Of a stretch of DNA of 52,547 nucleotides, positions 9,880 through 20,276 are shown in pieces. This DNA is from Gallionellales bacterium UBA7399 (lineage in GTDB: Bacteria; Pseudomonadota; Gammaproteobacteria; Burkholderiales; Gallionellaceae): NCBI GenBank assembly GCA_002470125.1, contig DKNB01000059.1:1-52547 (forward strand), written 5' to 3'. The position numbers were made by a program, and so were the translations under genes. The notes under the pieces are model-generated. The model was given only the letters and a program-made list of their open reading frames with translations. It was not told the DNA's origin and did no database searches. The number at the start of each line of letters is the position of its first letter. Within the stretch, counting starts at the first letter, position 1.

Positions 9880-11142
9880 GTGACAGAAATAAAACAGGTG
9901 CTTGTGCCGGATATTGGCGACACTAAAAATGTGCCAGTCATAGAAATTATGGTTAAGGTTGGTGACACAATCAGGGCAGAGCAGTCCTTGCTCACCCTGG
10001 AAACCGATAAGGCCACAATGGATATTCCGGCGCCTTTTGATGGGGTAATAAAAAATATTAGCGTTAAGGTCGGTGACAAAATATCGGAGGGCGCACTGTT
10101 GCTGCTAGTTGAGGTTAGTGCAACGAAAGCATCCTCACTGACAGCCCCCCTTGTGGCTCATGATTCGGCAAAAAAGACTGCTAATTTATTAGCGGAACCT
10201 CTTGCCGTTGCATCTGTAGTTTTGTCAACGATTGCACCCAGCACCCTTGCGGGCAGGGCACACGCTAGCCCATCTGTACGTCACTTTGCGCATGAGCTTG
10301 GGGTTGATCTGGAGCGAGTGAGGGGTAGTGGAATAAAGGGACGCATCACTAGATGTGATGTACTGGGCTTTGTTAAGTCCACACTTTCACAACAGCAGGG
10401 GGGCGGCTTGCAAGTGGCAGCCATGCCGATAGTGGACTTCTCTAGGTTTGGTGTCATTGAGATTAGAGCCCTTTCTCGCATCAAGAAGCTCTCGGGTGCA
10501 AATCTTCACAGAAATTGGATTTCCATTCCACATGTTACCCAACATGATGAGGCTGACATTACTGAGATGGAAGCATTCCGCAAAGAGCTCGGTGAGAAAT
10601 ATGGGGATGAGGTAAGGGTAACGTTACTACCATTTTTGATGAAGGCTGTGGTGCGAGCCATGCAGCAATATCCGAACTTGAATTCATCGCTAGGCGTTGA
10701 CGGCGAAAGCGTAGTTTTGAAAAAATATTTTCATATTGGCGTGGCGGTGGATACCGTAGATGGACTAGTGGTCCCAGTGCTTCGTGATGTAGATAAAAAA
10801 GGTATAGTTCAGCTGAGTAGAGAGCTTGGTGAAATTAGTGTGATGGCACGTGAAAAATCCCTACCAGCAACTGCCATGCAAGGCGGATGTTTTACTATTT
10901 CTAGCTTGGGTGGAATCGGAGGGACATTCTTTACGCCCATTATTAATGCACCAGAGGTGGCAATTCTTGGGGTATCCAGGGCGAGCATGACGCCGATATA
11001 CGTGGATGGCAAGTTTGTGCCACGTTTGATGTTGCCATTGTCGCTGTCGTATGATCATCGTGTTGTTGACGGTGCTGAGGCGGTACGCTTTACGGGCTAC
11101 CTTGGCAAGGCGTTGCTAGATGCTCGTGAGATGGGATTATAA
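9880..11142 (+). CDS. aceF: Dihydrolipoyllysine acetyltransferase E2, single lipoyl domain
   Basis: One ETDKA lipoyl motif, HASPSVR E3-binding domain, catalytic DHRVVDG; GTG at 9880 after CAGGAG (ATG at 9874 is an alternative). Confidence 0.96.
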   Translation: MTEIKQVLVPDIGDTKNVPVIEIMVKVGDTIRAEQSLLTLETDKATMDIPAPFDGVIKNISVKVGDKISEGALLLLVEVSATKASSLTAPLVAHDSAKKTANLLAEPLAVASVVLSTIAPSTLAGRAHASPSVRHFAHELGVDLERVRGSGIKGRITRCDVLGFVKSTLSQQQGGGLQVAAMPIVDFSRFGVIEIRALSRIKKLSGANLHRNWISIPHVTQHDEADITEMEAFRKELGEKYGDEVRVTLLPFLMKAVVRAMQQYPNLNSSLGVDGESVVLKKYFHIGVAVDTVDGLVVPVLRDVDKKGIVQLSRELGEISVMAREKSLPATAMQGGCFTISSLGGIGGTFFTPIINAPEVAILGVSRASMTPIYVDGKFVPRLMLPLSLSYDHRVVDGAEAVRFTGYLGKALLDAREMGL

Positions 11143-11145
11143 ACA

Positions 11146-11808
11146 TTGAGTTTGGCTCCTATTGGCATACTGGGCGGCACATTTGATCCAATTCATAATG
11201 GGCATTTGCGCTTGGCACAGGAAGCGTTTGAGCAGTGTGGTTTAACCAAGGTACATTTCATTCCTAGCGGCGTGCCGCCACATCGAAGCATTCCGCATGC
11301 CAACATCACAGAACGCTTGGACATGGTTAGATTGGCGTTACAGGGCAATGCAACATTTGTGATGGACGAACGTGAGGCTCATCGCACCGCTCCCTGCTAT
11401 ATGATTGATACACTCAGGACGTTGCGTGCCGATTTTGATATGCAACAGCCATTGTGTTTATTGATGGGCGGAGATGCCTTCTTGTTGCTACACTTGTGGC
11501 ATCAGTGGAAGAGTTTGTTTGAATTGGCGCATATTGTGGTTATGCAGCGTGCGGGATGTCAACCGTTTGGCAATGCAATAAACAAAGCCAACAATGCTTT
11601 GTGCGAAGAATATAAGCGGCGCCTTGTCCCGGCTTCGTGTGCGCTACGCGATTCGTCTGCCGGAGCAATTTTTGTGGCGGATATGCCTGCCATGGAAATT
11701 TCTGCTACTGATATTCGTAGGCGTTGCGCAGATAAAAAAGACGTGCGTTATTTGTTGCCAGATGCTGTAGTAAATCACATACAATCACATCATTTATATA
11801 CCTCATAA
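11146..11808 (+). CDS. nadD: Nicotinate-nucleotide adenylyltransferase
   Basis: GGTFDPIHNGH and ISATDIR motifs; TTG start. Confidence 0.95.
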   Translation: MSLAPIGILGGTFDPIHNGHLRLAQEAFEQCGLTKVHFIPSGVPPHRSIPHANITERLDMVRLALQGNATFVMDEREAHRTAPCYMIDTLRTLRADFDMQQPLCLLMGGDAFLLLHLWHQWKSLFELAHIVVMQRAGCQPFGNAINKANNALCEEYKRRLVPASCALRDSSAGAIFVADMPAMEISATDIRRRCADKKDVRYLLPDAVVNHIQSHHLYTS

Positions 11809-12167
11809 TGTTAACCATCGAAGAAAAAATTTTGGTAGTGGTTGCTGCACTAGAAGATATCAAGGCGAATGATATTAGCGTCCTTGATACCAGCAAAAAA
11901 AGTCAGCTATTCGAGCGTATAGTGATCGCCAGTGCAAACTCAGCGCGTCAGACCAGGTCCTTGGCTGATCATGTGTCCAAGCAACTAAAGTTACGTGGTG
12001 AGCCAGCGCTTAGCGTGGAGGGCGTGGAGGGTGGGGAGTGGGTGTTGGTTGATTTGGGGGAGGTGGTAGTACATATCATGCAACCAGCAGTCCGTACCCA
12101 CTATCAATTAGAAGAGCTGTGGAGCATGCGGCACCTACCATCGAAGATGGCCAGCGGGCCCGCATGA
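11808..12167 (+). CDS. rsfS: Ribosome silencing factor
   Basis: ALEDIKA, WVLVDLGEVVVHIM, YQLEELW; conserved nadD-rsfS-rlmH order. Confidence 0.94.
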   Translation: MLTIEEKILVVVAALEDIKANDISVLDTSKKSQLFERIVIASANSARQTRSLADHVSKQLKLRGEPALSVEGVEGGEWVLVDLGEVVVHIMQPAVRTHYQLEELWSMRHLPSKMASGPA

Positions 12168-12631
12168 AATTTTTGTTGGTTGCGGTTGGCCACAAGATGC
12201 CAAGCTGGATTACTACTGGGTTTGCTGAGTACGTGAAGCGTATGCCACCTTCGGCAAAAGTTGAACTAATAGAGGTAAGGCAGGAACCACGAACCACTGG
12301 TAAGAGTGTAGCGAAGATGCTCGAGGCAGAGGCCTGTCGTATAGCCGCCTCTTTGCCAGAGGGCACCCAGCGCGTTGTCTTAGACGAACATGGTACAAGC
12401 TACACCACTAAACAGTTTGCACAAAAAATGCAAGATTGGATGGGAGGTGGGCGTGATGTGACCTTTGTGATTGGGGGTGCGGATGGTTTGCACGAATCCA
12501 TAAAAAATGGTACGCAGAAAATGGCACTATCAAGCATGACGTTGCCGCATGGCCTGGTGCGTGTGCTGCTAGCAGAACAGCTGTATCGTGCATATAGTTT
12601 GCTGCACAATCATCCCTATCATCGTGAATAA
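12164..12631 (+). CDS. rlmH: 23S rRNA pseudouridine-1915 N3-methyltransferase
   Basis: FVIGGADG, TLPH and EQLYRA...HPYHRE SPOUT motifs; ATG overlaps rsfS stop (ATGA). Confidence 0.96.
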   Translation: MKFLLVAVGHKMPSWITTGFAEYVKRMPPSAKVELIEVRQEPRTTGKSVAKMLEAEACRIAASLPEGTQRVVLDEHGTSYTTKQFAQKMQDWMGGGRDVTFVIGGADGLHESIKNGTQKMALSSMTLPHGLVRVLLAEQLYRAYSLLHNHPYHRE

Positions 12632-12714
12632 TGTGGGCTCAGCTCAACAAGCCAAATGAATTCACGATTATCTGCGTAGGTCTACACATGCCAGTTTAAG
12701 TCGGTATTACTTTA

Positions 12715-14181
12715 ATGTCGCATGCCGTGAATGAAGAAATCCTAATTAGCGCCACCCTGCAAGAAACTCGTGTTGCAATAATTCAGCAGGGGGTGGTGCG
12801 CCAACTACACATTGAATGTGACGATCATCTTGGGGTCGTTGGCAATGTGTATCTTGGCCGTGTGAGGCGTGTGTTGCCCGGCATGCAATCTGCTTTTATC
12901 GATATTGGGCTAGAGCGCTCCGCTTTCTTGCATGCAGATGATGTGCTGGAGAGTCGCAGTGACGTTGGCATAAAAACCCCTATAGAAAAAATACTATATG
13001 AAGGGCAGACCATTCTGGTTCAGGTTATAAAAGAGCCCATCGGAAGTAAGGGTGCGCGCCTTTCAACCCAGATCAGTATTGCTGGACGCTTGTTGGTATT
13101 TCTACCTCAGGAATCCCATATTGGTGTATCGCAGCGCATTGAGAGCGAAGCTGAACGTGAGCTTCTGCGCGCCAAGTTGCAAGGGTTATTACATGAGAGC
13201 AGTGGGGGTGGTTATATTATCCGCACTATGGCGGAATTTTCGACAGAGCAAGATTTGCGTGCGGATATTGAGTATCTCAACAGGCGATGGAATGAAATTC
13301 AAAAACAAGCAAAGCTGTCCGTTTCCCCGCAGTTGCTATATCAGGAACTAGACATTAGCCTATGCGTACTGCGTGATTTTTTTAACGAGGGAATTACTAA
13401 AATTTTAGTGGATTCACGAGAGACCTATCAGCGTATGGTCAATTTTGCGCGAGACTTTAATGAGGGCGCGCTATTGCGGCTAGAGCACTATGTTGGCGAA
13501 CGCATGTTATTTGATTTGTATGGCGTAGAAGAGGAGATTGAGCGTGCACTGTTGCGTCGCGTAAATCTAAAGTCGGGAGGATACATCATCATTGATCAGA
13601 CCGAGGCGCTCGTTGCGATCGATGTTAATACCGGTGGATTTGTTGGCTCGAGTAACTTTGATGACACCATCTTTAAGACAAATATGGACGCTGCGCAGGT
13701 TATAGCGAGTCAGTTGCGCCTGCGCAATTTGGGTGGAATTATTGTGTGTGACTTCATTGACATGCGTAGTCAGGCAGATCGAGACGCCGTGCTAAATGAG
13801 TTAAAAAAGTATTTGGCGCATGACCATACACGTATTACGGTAAATGGCTTCTCTCCTCTGGGATTGGTGGAGATGACACGCAAGCGTACGCATGAGAGCT
13901 TGGCTCGCATACTATGTGAGCCCTGTCCCACCTGTAGTGGGCGTGGCGAAATAAGAACAACAGAGGCAATATGCCATAAAATTATGCGTGACATTATGCG
14001 TGAAGCCAGCCAGCCTAATGCACGCGAGTATCGTATCCTGGCCTCACAAGGAGTGGTTGATCTGTTCTTGAAGGGGGAGTCGCAAAGCCTCACCAGACTT
14101 TCCAATTTGATTGACAGGCCAATTTCATTGCACGTAGAGAGTGTGTATGGCCAAGAACGATACGACATTATCTTGATATAA
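12715..14181 (+). CDS. rng: Ribonuclease G
   Basis: S1 domain VLPGMQSAFIDIG, IDVNTG, LRNLGGII.DFIDM, CPTCSGRG; no RNase E C-terminal scaffold. Confidence 0.95.
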   Translation: MSHAVNEEILISATLQETRVAIIQQGVVRQLHIECDDHLGVVGNVYLGRVRRVLPGMQSAFIDIGLERSAFLHADDVLESRSDVGIKTPIEKILYEGQTILVQVIKEPIGSKGARLSTQISIAGRLLVFLPQESHIGVSQRIESEAERELLRAKLQGLLHESSGGGYIIRTMAEFSTEQDLRADIEYLNRRWNEIQKQAKLSVSPQLLYQELDISLCVLRDFFNEGITKILVDSRETYQRMVNFARDFNEGALLRLEHYVGERMLFDLYGVEEEIERALLRRVNLKSGGYIIIDQTEALVAIDVNTGGFVGSSNFDDTIFKTNMDAAQVIASQLRLRNLGGIIVCDFIDMRSQADRDAVLNELKKYLAHDHTRITVNGFSPLGLVEMTRKRTHESLARILCEPCPTCSGRGEIRTTEAICHKIMRDIMREASQPNAREYRILASQGVVDLFLKGESQSLTRLSNLIDRPISLHVESVYGQERYDIILI

Positions 14182-14193
14182 GGTTTTGTATTA

Positions 14194-14331
14194 ATGATTA
14201 AATTGACGTCGCCTGAGTCATGGCATGGCCGTATTGCAGTCACTGTAATTATTTGATTATGCATGGCCGCCGCTCTTCTTGACTGGTGGATGGGCGGACT
14301 GTTACTATACCCAACTAATTTGTTCAACTAA
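14194..14331 (+). pseudogene. Possible N-terminal relic of yhdP (TIGR02099)
   Basis: ATG 13 nt after rng stop; hydrophobic 45-codon frame broken by TGA at 14254; this is where yhdP normally lies; by-eye only. Confidence 0.3.
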
Positions 14332-14349
14332 ATTTTAGAGGTAGGGATT

Positions 14350-14658
14350 ATGGATGTGAAAGAAATTATTAAAGGGCAGGTAACCGGTCATCCTGTGGTG
14401 TTGTATATGAAGGGTACGCCGGAGTCCCCGCAATGTGGATTTTCTGCTAATGTGGTTCAAACGCTCAGGGCGTGCAGTGTGGCCGGTCTTTTTACGGTGG
14501 ATGTTCTTGCAGACCCCGAAATTCGTCAAGGAATAAAGGATTATTCCGATTGGCCAACCGTTCCGCAGCTCTATGTCAAAGGGAGTTTTGTTGGTGGATC
14601 TGACATTGTGAGCGAGATGTATAAAAATGGAGAATTGCAAAAACTGCTACATACATAG
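14350..14658 (+). CDS. grxD: Monothiol glutaredoxin Grx4
   Basis: [25 protein letters not shown]; RBS GAGG upstream. Confidence 0.96.
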   Translation: MDVKEIIKGQVTGHPVVLYMKGTPESPQCGFSANVVQTLRACSVAGLFTVDVLADPEIRQGIKDYSDWPTVPQLYVKGSFVGGSDIVSEMYKNGELQKLLHT

Positions 14659-14689
14659 AAATCTTATTGATATGGGTAATTTTGTGTTT

Positions 14690-14715
14690 AAGGCGACCGA
14701 AAGGTCGCCTTTTTT
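14690..14715 (+). terminator. Rho-independent terminator after grxD, between convergent grxD and argH
   Basis: AAGGCGACC-GAAA-GGTCGCCTT followed by a T-run. Confidence 0.9.
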
Positions 14716-16117
14716 ATGACCAGCGTGGCGCTGTAAGGCGTTTTCGTGCCTGTGCGATGGCGATCTCGACCTGCTGAGGTGATGTGCCGCCGATATGATT
14801 TCGACTGGCTAAGGAGCCTTCCAGGGTAAGCACTGAAAAAACATCATCCGTAATGAGTGTCGAAAATTTTTGCAATTCGTACAACTCGAGATCACTCAAG
14901 TCGCAGCCGCGCTGCTCGGCGAACCTTACTGCCACGGAAACCACTTCATGCGCATCACGGAACGGCAATCCTTTTTTGACTAGATAGTCGGCTAAGTCTG
15001 TGGCTGTTGAGTAGCCTTGCAAGGCTGCACTGCGCATGGCCATGGGGTGGACGGTTATGCCGCCAATCATGTCGGTATAAATACGCAGAGTCTGGGTCAG
15101 TGTGTCAACGGTATCGAATAGAGGCTCTTTATCCTCTTGGTTATCCTTGTTGTAGGCTAGCGGCTGGCCTTTCATTAAAGTTAGCAATGCGACCAAATTG
15201 CCGTTTACGCGCCCCGTTTTGCCTCGTACGAGCTCTGGCACATCAGGATTTTTCTTTTGTGGCATGATGGAAGACCCAGTACAGAAGCGATCGGCAATAT
15301 CAAGAAAGCCGAATCGTGGGTTCATCCACAAGATAAGCTCCTCTGATAGGCGTGATAAGTGGGTCATTATTAGGGCCGCGCAGGCGGTAAATTCAATGGC
15401 AAAGTCGCGGTCTGATACCGCATCCAGGGAGTTGTGGCATACGTCATCGAACCCAAGAAGTTCGGCCACCATCTCACGCTTTATGGGATAGCTGGTGCCC
15501 GCTAATGCAGCAGATCCAAGTGGAAGATAGTTGACGCGCTTACGACAATCGATCATGCGCTCCGCGTCACGATTTAGCATTTCGAAGTATGCCATTAGGT
15601 GATGCGCAAAACTGACTGGCTGTGCCACCTGTAAATGAGTATACCCGGGCATAATGGTGTGTGCATGTTGTCCGGCAAGATTGATGACTGCAGATTGCAG
15701 GTCAAGAATTAACTTGTGCAGCTCGTCAATGGCGTCCCGCAAGTACAAGCGCATGTCGGTTGCCACCTGATCATTTCGTGAGCGCCCTGTGTGCAAACGC
15801 TTGCCTGCATCACCTACTAGGGCAGTTAGACGCTTTTCGATATTGAGATGCACATCTTCTAAATCGAGTGACCACGTAAATTTATTATTAATAATTTCAA
15901 GCTCTACTTGAGCCAGGCCACGACGAATGTCGTCTAAGTCTTGTGCAGTGATAATGCCACACGCCCCCAGCATTTGTGCGTGTGCTAGGGACGCACGAAT
16001 ATCGAATGGTGCCAGCCTTTTGTCAAATTCTACAGAAGCCGTATAACGCTTTACCAGCTCTGTCACTGGCTCGATAAATCGCCCAGACCAAGTTTTTTTA
16101 TCGTTCGCTGTCATCAT
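14714..16117 (-). CDS. argH: Argininosuccinate lyase
   Basis: [26 protein letters not shown] signature. Confidence 0.98.
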   Translation of the reverse strand: MMTANDKKTWSGRFIEPVTELVKRYTASVEFDKRLAPFDIRASLAHAQMLGACGIITAQDLDDIRRGLAQVELEIINNKFTWSLDLEDVHLNIEKRLTALVGDAGKRLHTGRSRNDQVATDMRLYLRDAIDELHKLILDLQSAVINLAGQHAHTIMPGYTHLQVAQPVSFAHHLMAYFEMLNRDAERMIDCRKRVNYLPLGSAALAGTSYPIKREMVAELLGFDDVCHNSLDAVSDRDFAIEFTACAALIMTHLSRLSEELILWMNPRFGFLDIADRFCTGSSIMPQKKNPDVPELVRGKTGRVNGNLVALLTLMKGQPLAYNKDNQEDKEPLFDTVDTLTQTLRIYTDMIGGITVHPMAMRSAALQGYSTATDLADYLVKKGLPFRDAHEVVSVAVRFAEQRGCDLSDLELYELQKFSTLITDDVFSVLTLEGSLASRNHIGGTSPQQVEIAIAQARKRLTAPRWS

Positions 16118-16329
16118 CTATTGTCCAAAATATGTAGCCTACGCTTTAAGGCACACAGGCCATATAAAACATGCAAAATTTAACATAAAATATCTAGCTT
16201 CGTATGGTACTCGGTTTCTTTAGTCTAGGGGCATTCGACAGGGTGGCCGTCTTGGCGATCGTCATGCCCACAAGAAGGCTTGGACGATTGAGCCTGGACC
16301 AGGTGATGGTGAAGATTTATGGGATCTTG

Positions 16330-19119
16330 CTACCCACTATTTCGCAATCCTGCGGCAATCCCATTTATTGTTAGGTGTATAGCACGCTTCACCAGGTGGT
16401 GGCTATCACCAGAGCGGTGACGATGTAATAACCCTACTTGTAAATGATTGAGTGGATCAATATATGGGGTGCGTGTGGTGAGACTGCGTGCCAACGTTGG
16501 ATTGCTTTCTAGTAGGGTTGTTGCCCCTGTGATAGCAAAGAGCATGTCTATGGTGAGCTGCCATTCGGTCTCTATCATACTGAAAATGGTATGACGCAAA
16601 GTTTCGTCTGCTACCAGCTCGGCGTAACGCGAGGCAATGCCCATGTCAGTCTTGGCTAAAACCATGTCCATATTCGAAAGCAGTCCGCGAAAAAATGCCC
16701 AGTTCTTGTACATGGCTTGCAGTTGTTGTAGCCCAGCGCTGTTTTCACACTCAATAAATTTTTGTACCGCGCTACCAAAGCCATACCAACCAGGCAACAA
16801 TACTCGATTTAGGCTCCAGCTGAATACCCAGGGGATGGCGCGTAGATCCTCGATGCTATCAGACGTTTTGCGTGAGGAGGGGCGGCTACCGATATTGAGT
16901 TCAGCAATTTCCTTAATGGGCGTAGCGGCAAAAAAATAATCGGTAAAGCCGGCAGTTTCATATACGAGCTTGCGGTAGGTGGCAAAGGCGTCCAGGCTAA
17001 GCGCCTCCACAATGCGAAGATGCTCTGATGTGGCACCATCGTTTTCGTGGGGGTGTAGCAATGTGGCCTCCAGGGTGGCAGCAATAAGGATCTCGAGGTT
17101 GCGTCGTCCAATCTCGGGATCTGCATACTTGCTGGCGATGACCTCGCCCTGCTCGGTGATGCGAATTTGGGCATTTACGCTACCCAGCGGCTGAGCCAGA
17201 ATCGCCTCATAGCTTGGGCCACCACCACGGCCCACTGTGCCACCACGCCCGTGAAACAGGCGCAACTCAATGCCATGCTTATTAAACACTTTTACCAATT
17301 CGAGTTCCGCCTTATACAGCTCCCAGTTTGCGGTAAGGTAGCCACCATCCTTGTTGCTGTCCGAATAGCCTAGCATTACCTCCTGCGTGTTGTTGCGGCT
17401 CTTGAGTAGTTGACGGTAAAGTGGGATGGAGAGTAATTCATCCATAATCACACCACAGACACGCAAATCGGCGATAGTTTCAAATAGTGGAATAATATTT
17501 ATGTGTAGTGTCTGGCAATCGTCTAGCAAGCTAACTTGCTGCAACATCAATGCCACCTCGAGTATATCGCTTACCCCATCAGTCTTAGAGATGATGTAGT
17601 TGGGCAACGCAGCGTGACCAAAGCGTTGGTGAATTTTTTGAGCTGTCCTCATTAACTGTAGTTCGCTTTGTACGATATCCGAAAATTTTTCAAAATCGTC
17701 AATCAATATCTTGGCGGTCTGCAGCGCTGCAATCAATGCATCGCGACGCTCTGCTTCGTTGAGCTTGAGATAGCTGGTGTTGCCCATCTTGAGAAATAAT
17801 TCGTGAACCACTTGCTCATGCACGCTGCTGTGCTGGCGCATATCTAGTGGCGCAAGATGAAAGCCAAACACTTCAACGGCACGACGTAAGCAGGCAATGC
17901 GTCCATGTGCCAAATGTAGTGCGCCGTGCTGCTCTAGTGAGTCGATAATAATATCGAGATCGGCCATGTACTCTTGTGCCTCAGTGTAAGGCTTAGCATG
18001 TGGACTAACAGCATGCAGGTGCTTGATGGGGTGCCCGAGGTGCCCCGCGGTAGCTGCCAGACGAGAATATATGGCGATTAATGCGCGGCGATAGGGTTCA
18101 TCCTCTCGGCTAACAGCCCTGTCTGGCGAACTTGCGGAGAGCTCTTCGAGAGCCTGGCTGGTCTTTACGAGTCTCGTAGACAGGCTAAGGCGTATGCTGA
18201 GTAAGTGGGTTTCTGTTAAGTAGTACTCTAGTGCGGTAGCTGAGTGCCGCATTACAGCGTCCATCATGACCGGGTGTGTAACAAATGGATTTCCGTCGCG
18301 ATCGCCGCCAATCCAACTGCCGATGCGTAGAAATGGTGGAATGTGCAAACGTTTACCAAAGTGCGTCTCTATTTGTTTCGCCAGACTAGCGTAGATCTTT
18401 GGAATTTCACTGAGGAAAGTGTAGCGATAGTAGGCCAATCCATTCTTTATTTCATCCGGCACCGTTAGTTTTGATGTGCGTAACATGCGCGTATGCCACA
18501 GTATTAGAACAAAGCGTCGCAACGCCTCTTCGTTGTCAGCAAGCTCGTCCGGCGTCATGTTGATTCGATCACGGTCTGAAAGTAGGCTGGCAATAATTAG
18601 CTGACAGTCAAGGATACTCTTGCGTTGCACTTCAGTGGGGTGCGCGGTCAGGACCGGTGAGATCATCGCTTTGTTGAGAAAAGCTTGCATTGTTTCCGCA
18701 GAAATATTTTTTTTCTGCAGGCGGTCAAGAGCTAGTTGCACACTCCCCTCTTGCGGGGGGGAGCCGGCATTAAGATGCGCGCGACGACGACGGTTGTGAT
18801 GTAAGTCTTCGGCGATATTGGATAACTGTGAAAAGTAACTAAAGGCACGAACTACAGACAAGGTGTCGCGTGGCGATAGTGCATTCAGAATTTTTTCTAA
18901 TTGATTGCGATCGCGCTCATCTTGAGTTTTGCGAAAAAGAACTGCACAGCGCCGTACGTTCTCAACCAAGTCGAATGTTTCATCACCCTCCTGCTCTCTT
19001 AGAGTGTCGCCCAGTATGCGACCGAGCAGGCGAACATCTTCGCGCAATGGCATGTCTTTAAATGATATATCTGCAAACGTGGCTAGCAAGTTCATGATGT
19101 TTGTCTTTGGAGTGGGCAC
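16330..19119 (-). CDS. ppc: Phosphoenolpyruvate carboxylase
   Basis: VLTAHPTE, GYSDSNKDGG, FHGRGGTVGRGG, C-terminal GLRNSG; start GTG 19119 or ATG 19095. Confidence 0.97.
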   Translation of the reverse strand: MPTPKTNIMNLLATFADISFKDMPLREDVRLLGRILGDTLREQEGDETFDLVENVRRCAVLFRKTQDERDRNQLEKILNALSPRDTLSVVRAFSYFSQLSNIAEDLHHNRRRRAHLNAGSPPQEGSVQLALDRLQKKNISAETMQAFLNKAMISPVLTAHPTEVQRKSILDCQLIIASLLSDRDRINMTPDELADNEEALRRFVLILWHTRMLRTSKLTVPDEIKNGLAYYRYTFLSEIPKIYASLAKQIETHFGKRLHIPPFLRIGSWIGGDRDGNPFVTHPVMMDAVMRHSATALEYYLTETHLLSIRLSLSTRLVKTSQALEELSASSPDRAVSREDEPYRRALIAIYSRLAATAGHLGHPIKHLHAVSPHAKPYTEAQEYMADLDIIIDSLEQHGALHLAHGRIACLRRAVEVFGFHLAPLDMRQHSSVHEQVVHELFLKMGNTSYLKLNEAERRDALIAALQTAKILIDDFEKFSDIVQSELQLMRTAQKIHQRFGHAALPNYIISKTDGVSDILEVALMLQQVSLLDDCQTLHINIIPLFETIADLRVCGVIMDELLSIPLYRQLLKSRNNTQEVMLGYSDSNKDGGYLTANWELYKAELELVKVFNKHGIELRLFHGRGGTVGRGGGPSYEAILAQPLGSVNAQIRITEQGEVIASKYADPEIGRRNLEILIAATLEATLLHPHENDGATSEHLRIVEALSLDAFATYRKLVYETAGFTDYFFAATPIKEIAELNIGSRPSSRKTSDSIEDLRAIPWVFSWSLNRVLLPGWYGFGSAVQKFIECENSAGLQQLQAMYKNWAFFRGLLSNMDMVLAKTDMGIASRYAELVADETLRHTIFSMIETEWQLTIDMLFAITGATTLLESNPTLARSLTTRTPYIDPLNHLQVGLLHRHRSGDSHHLVKRAIHLTINGIAAGLRNSG

Positions 19120-19211
19120 TTATCGCAACATACTGTACAACGCGCACGTAATTAGCTCATGTTAGAATGTGGCGCAATCGGATTTACAATTTAAAGATTC
19201 AGAAAAAGCTA

Positions 19212-20156
19212 ATGAATCAGGCATATCAGGCGCAAGTCGCCCCCGCAAGGCTGGTCATCGTGTCGCGTGAAAGCGCGTTGGCAATGTGGCAGGCGGAATA
19301 TATTCGCAATCAATTGCGTGCATTATACCAACAAACTGAAGTCAGTATATTGGGTATGACCACGCAGGGCGATCAGATTTTGGATGTAACGCTATCTAAA
19401 ATAGGCGGCAAGGGCTTGTTTGTTAAAGAGCTTGAGACGGCACTTGAGGATGGGCGGGCCGACATTGCGGTACACTCGCTGAAGGATGTGCCAATGCACT
19501 TGCCGAGAGGTTTTATGTTGGCATGTGTCGGCATGCGTGAAGATGCGCGTGATGCTTTCGTTTCCAATCGGTATGCCAATCTTGAGGCACTACCGTTGGG
19601 TAGTGTTGTAGGCACTTCTAGCTTGCGTCGTGAAAGTCAATTGCGAGCACGATTTCCCCATTTAAAAATTGAATCATTGCGAGGCAATGTGCAGACTCGT
19701 TTGTCTAAATTGGACGCCGATAGATACGATGCCATTATTTTAGCCGCTGCAGGATTGAAGCGTTTGGGCTTGGGTAATCGTATTCGTGATTTAATTGCTC
19801 CCGAGAGCAGCTTGCCGGCAGTTGGTCAGGGTGCGCTTGGCATTGAATGTCTTAGCTCACGTCTTGACCTAGAGGTGCTATTGCGACCGCTACATCATGC
19901 AGAAACTGCAGCTTGCGTCCAGGCAGAGCGTGCCCTGAGTCGTGCGTTAGCGGGTAGCTGCCAAGTTCCATTGGGGGGATTTGCAGAGATGTGTGGCAGT
20001 GACTTGCGTTTGCGTGGCTTTGTGGGTAGTCCAGACGGTAAGCGGATGGCGTACGCTGAGCTACGTGGCGTATCGACTGACCCCGAGGCGTTGGGCAATG
20101 CTGTGGCACAAGCTTTGCGTGAGCAAGGTGCTGATGACATTCTTGCTGCTTTATGA
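19212..20156 (+). CDS. hemC: Hydroxymethylbilane synthase
   Basis: [33 protein letters not shown]; ATG at 19212 preferred. Confidence 0.97.
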   Translation: MNQAYQAQVAPARLVIVSRESALAMWQAEYIRNQLRALYQQTEVSILGMTTQGDQILDVTLSKIGGKGLFVKELETALEDGRADIAVHSLKDVPMHLPRGFMLACVGMREDARDAFVSNRYANLEALPLGSVVGTSSLRRESQLRARFPHLKIESLRGNVQTRLSKLDADRYDAIILAAAGLKRLGLGNRIRDLIAPESSLPAVGQGALGIECLSSRLDLEVLLRPLHHAETAACVQAERALSRALAGSCQVPLGGFAEMCGSDLRLRGFVGSPDGKRMAYAELRGVSTDPEALGNAVAQALREQGADDILAAL

Positions 20157-20276
20157 GGTTGGAGCTTTAGCCCTCTTTGTGACACACCGGACCAACGGTT
20201 TGCTTCGTGAATATAAGTCGTTAGTTACAAAACCGATGGCAACACATCTTGACGGCAACAAAAATTTATTTTTAAT

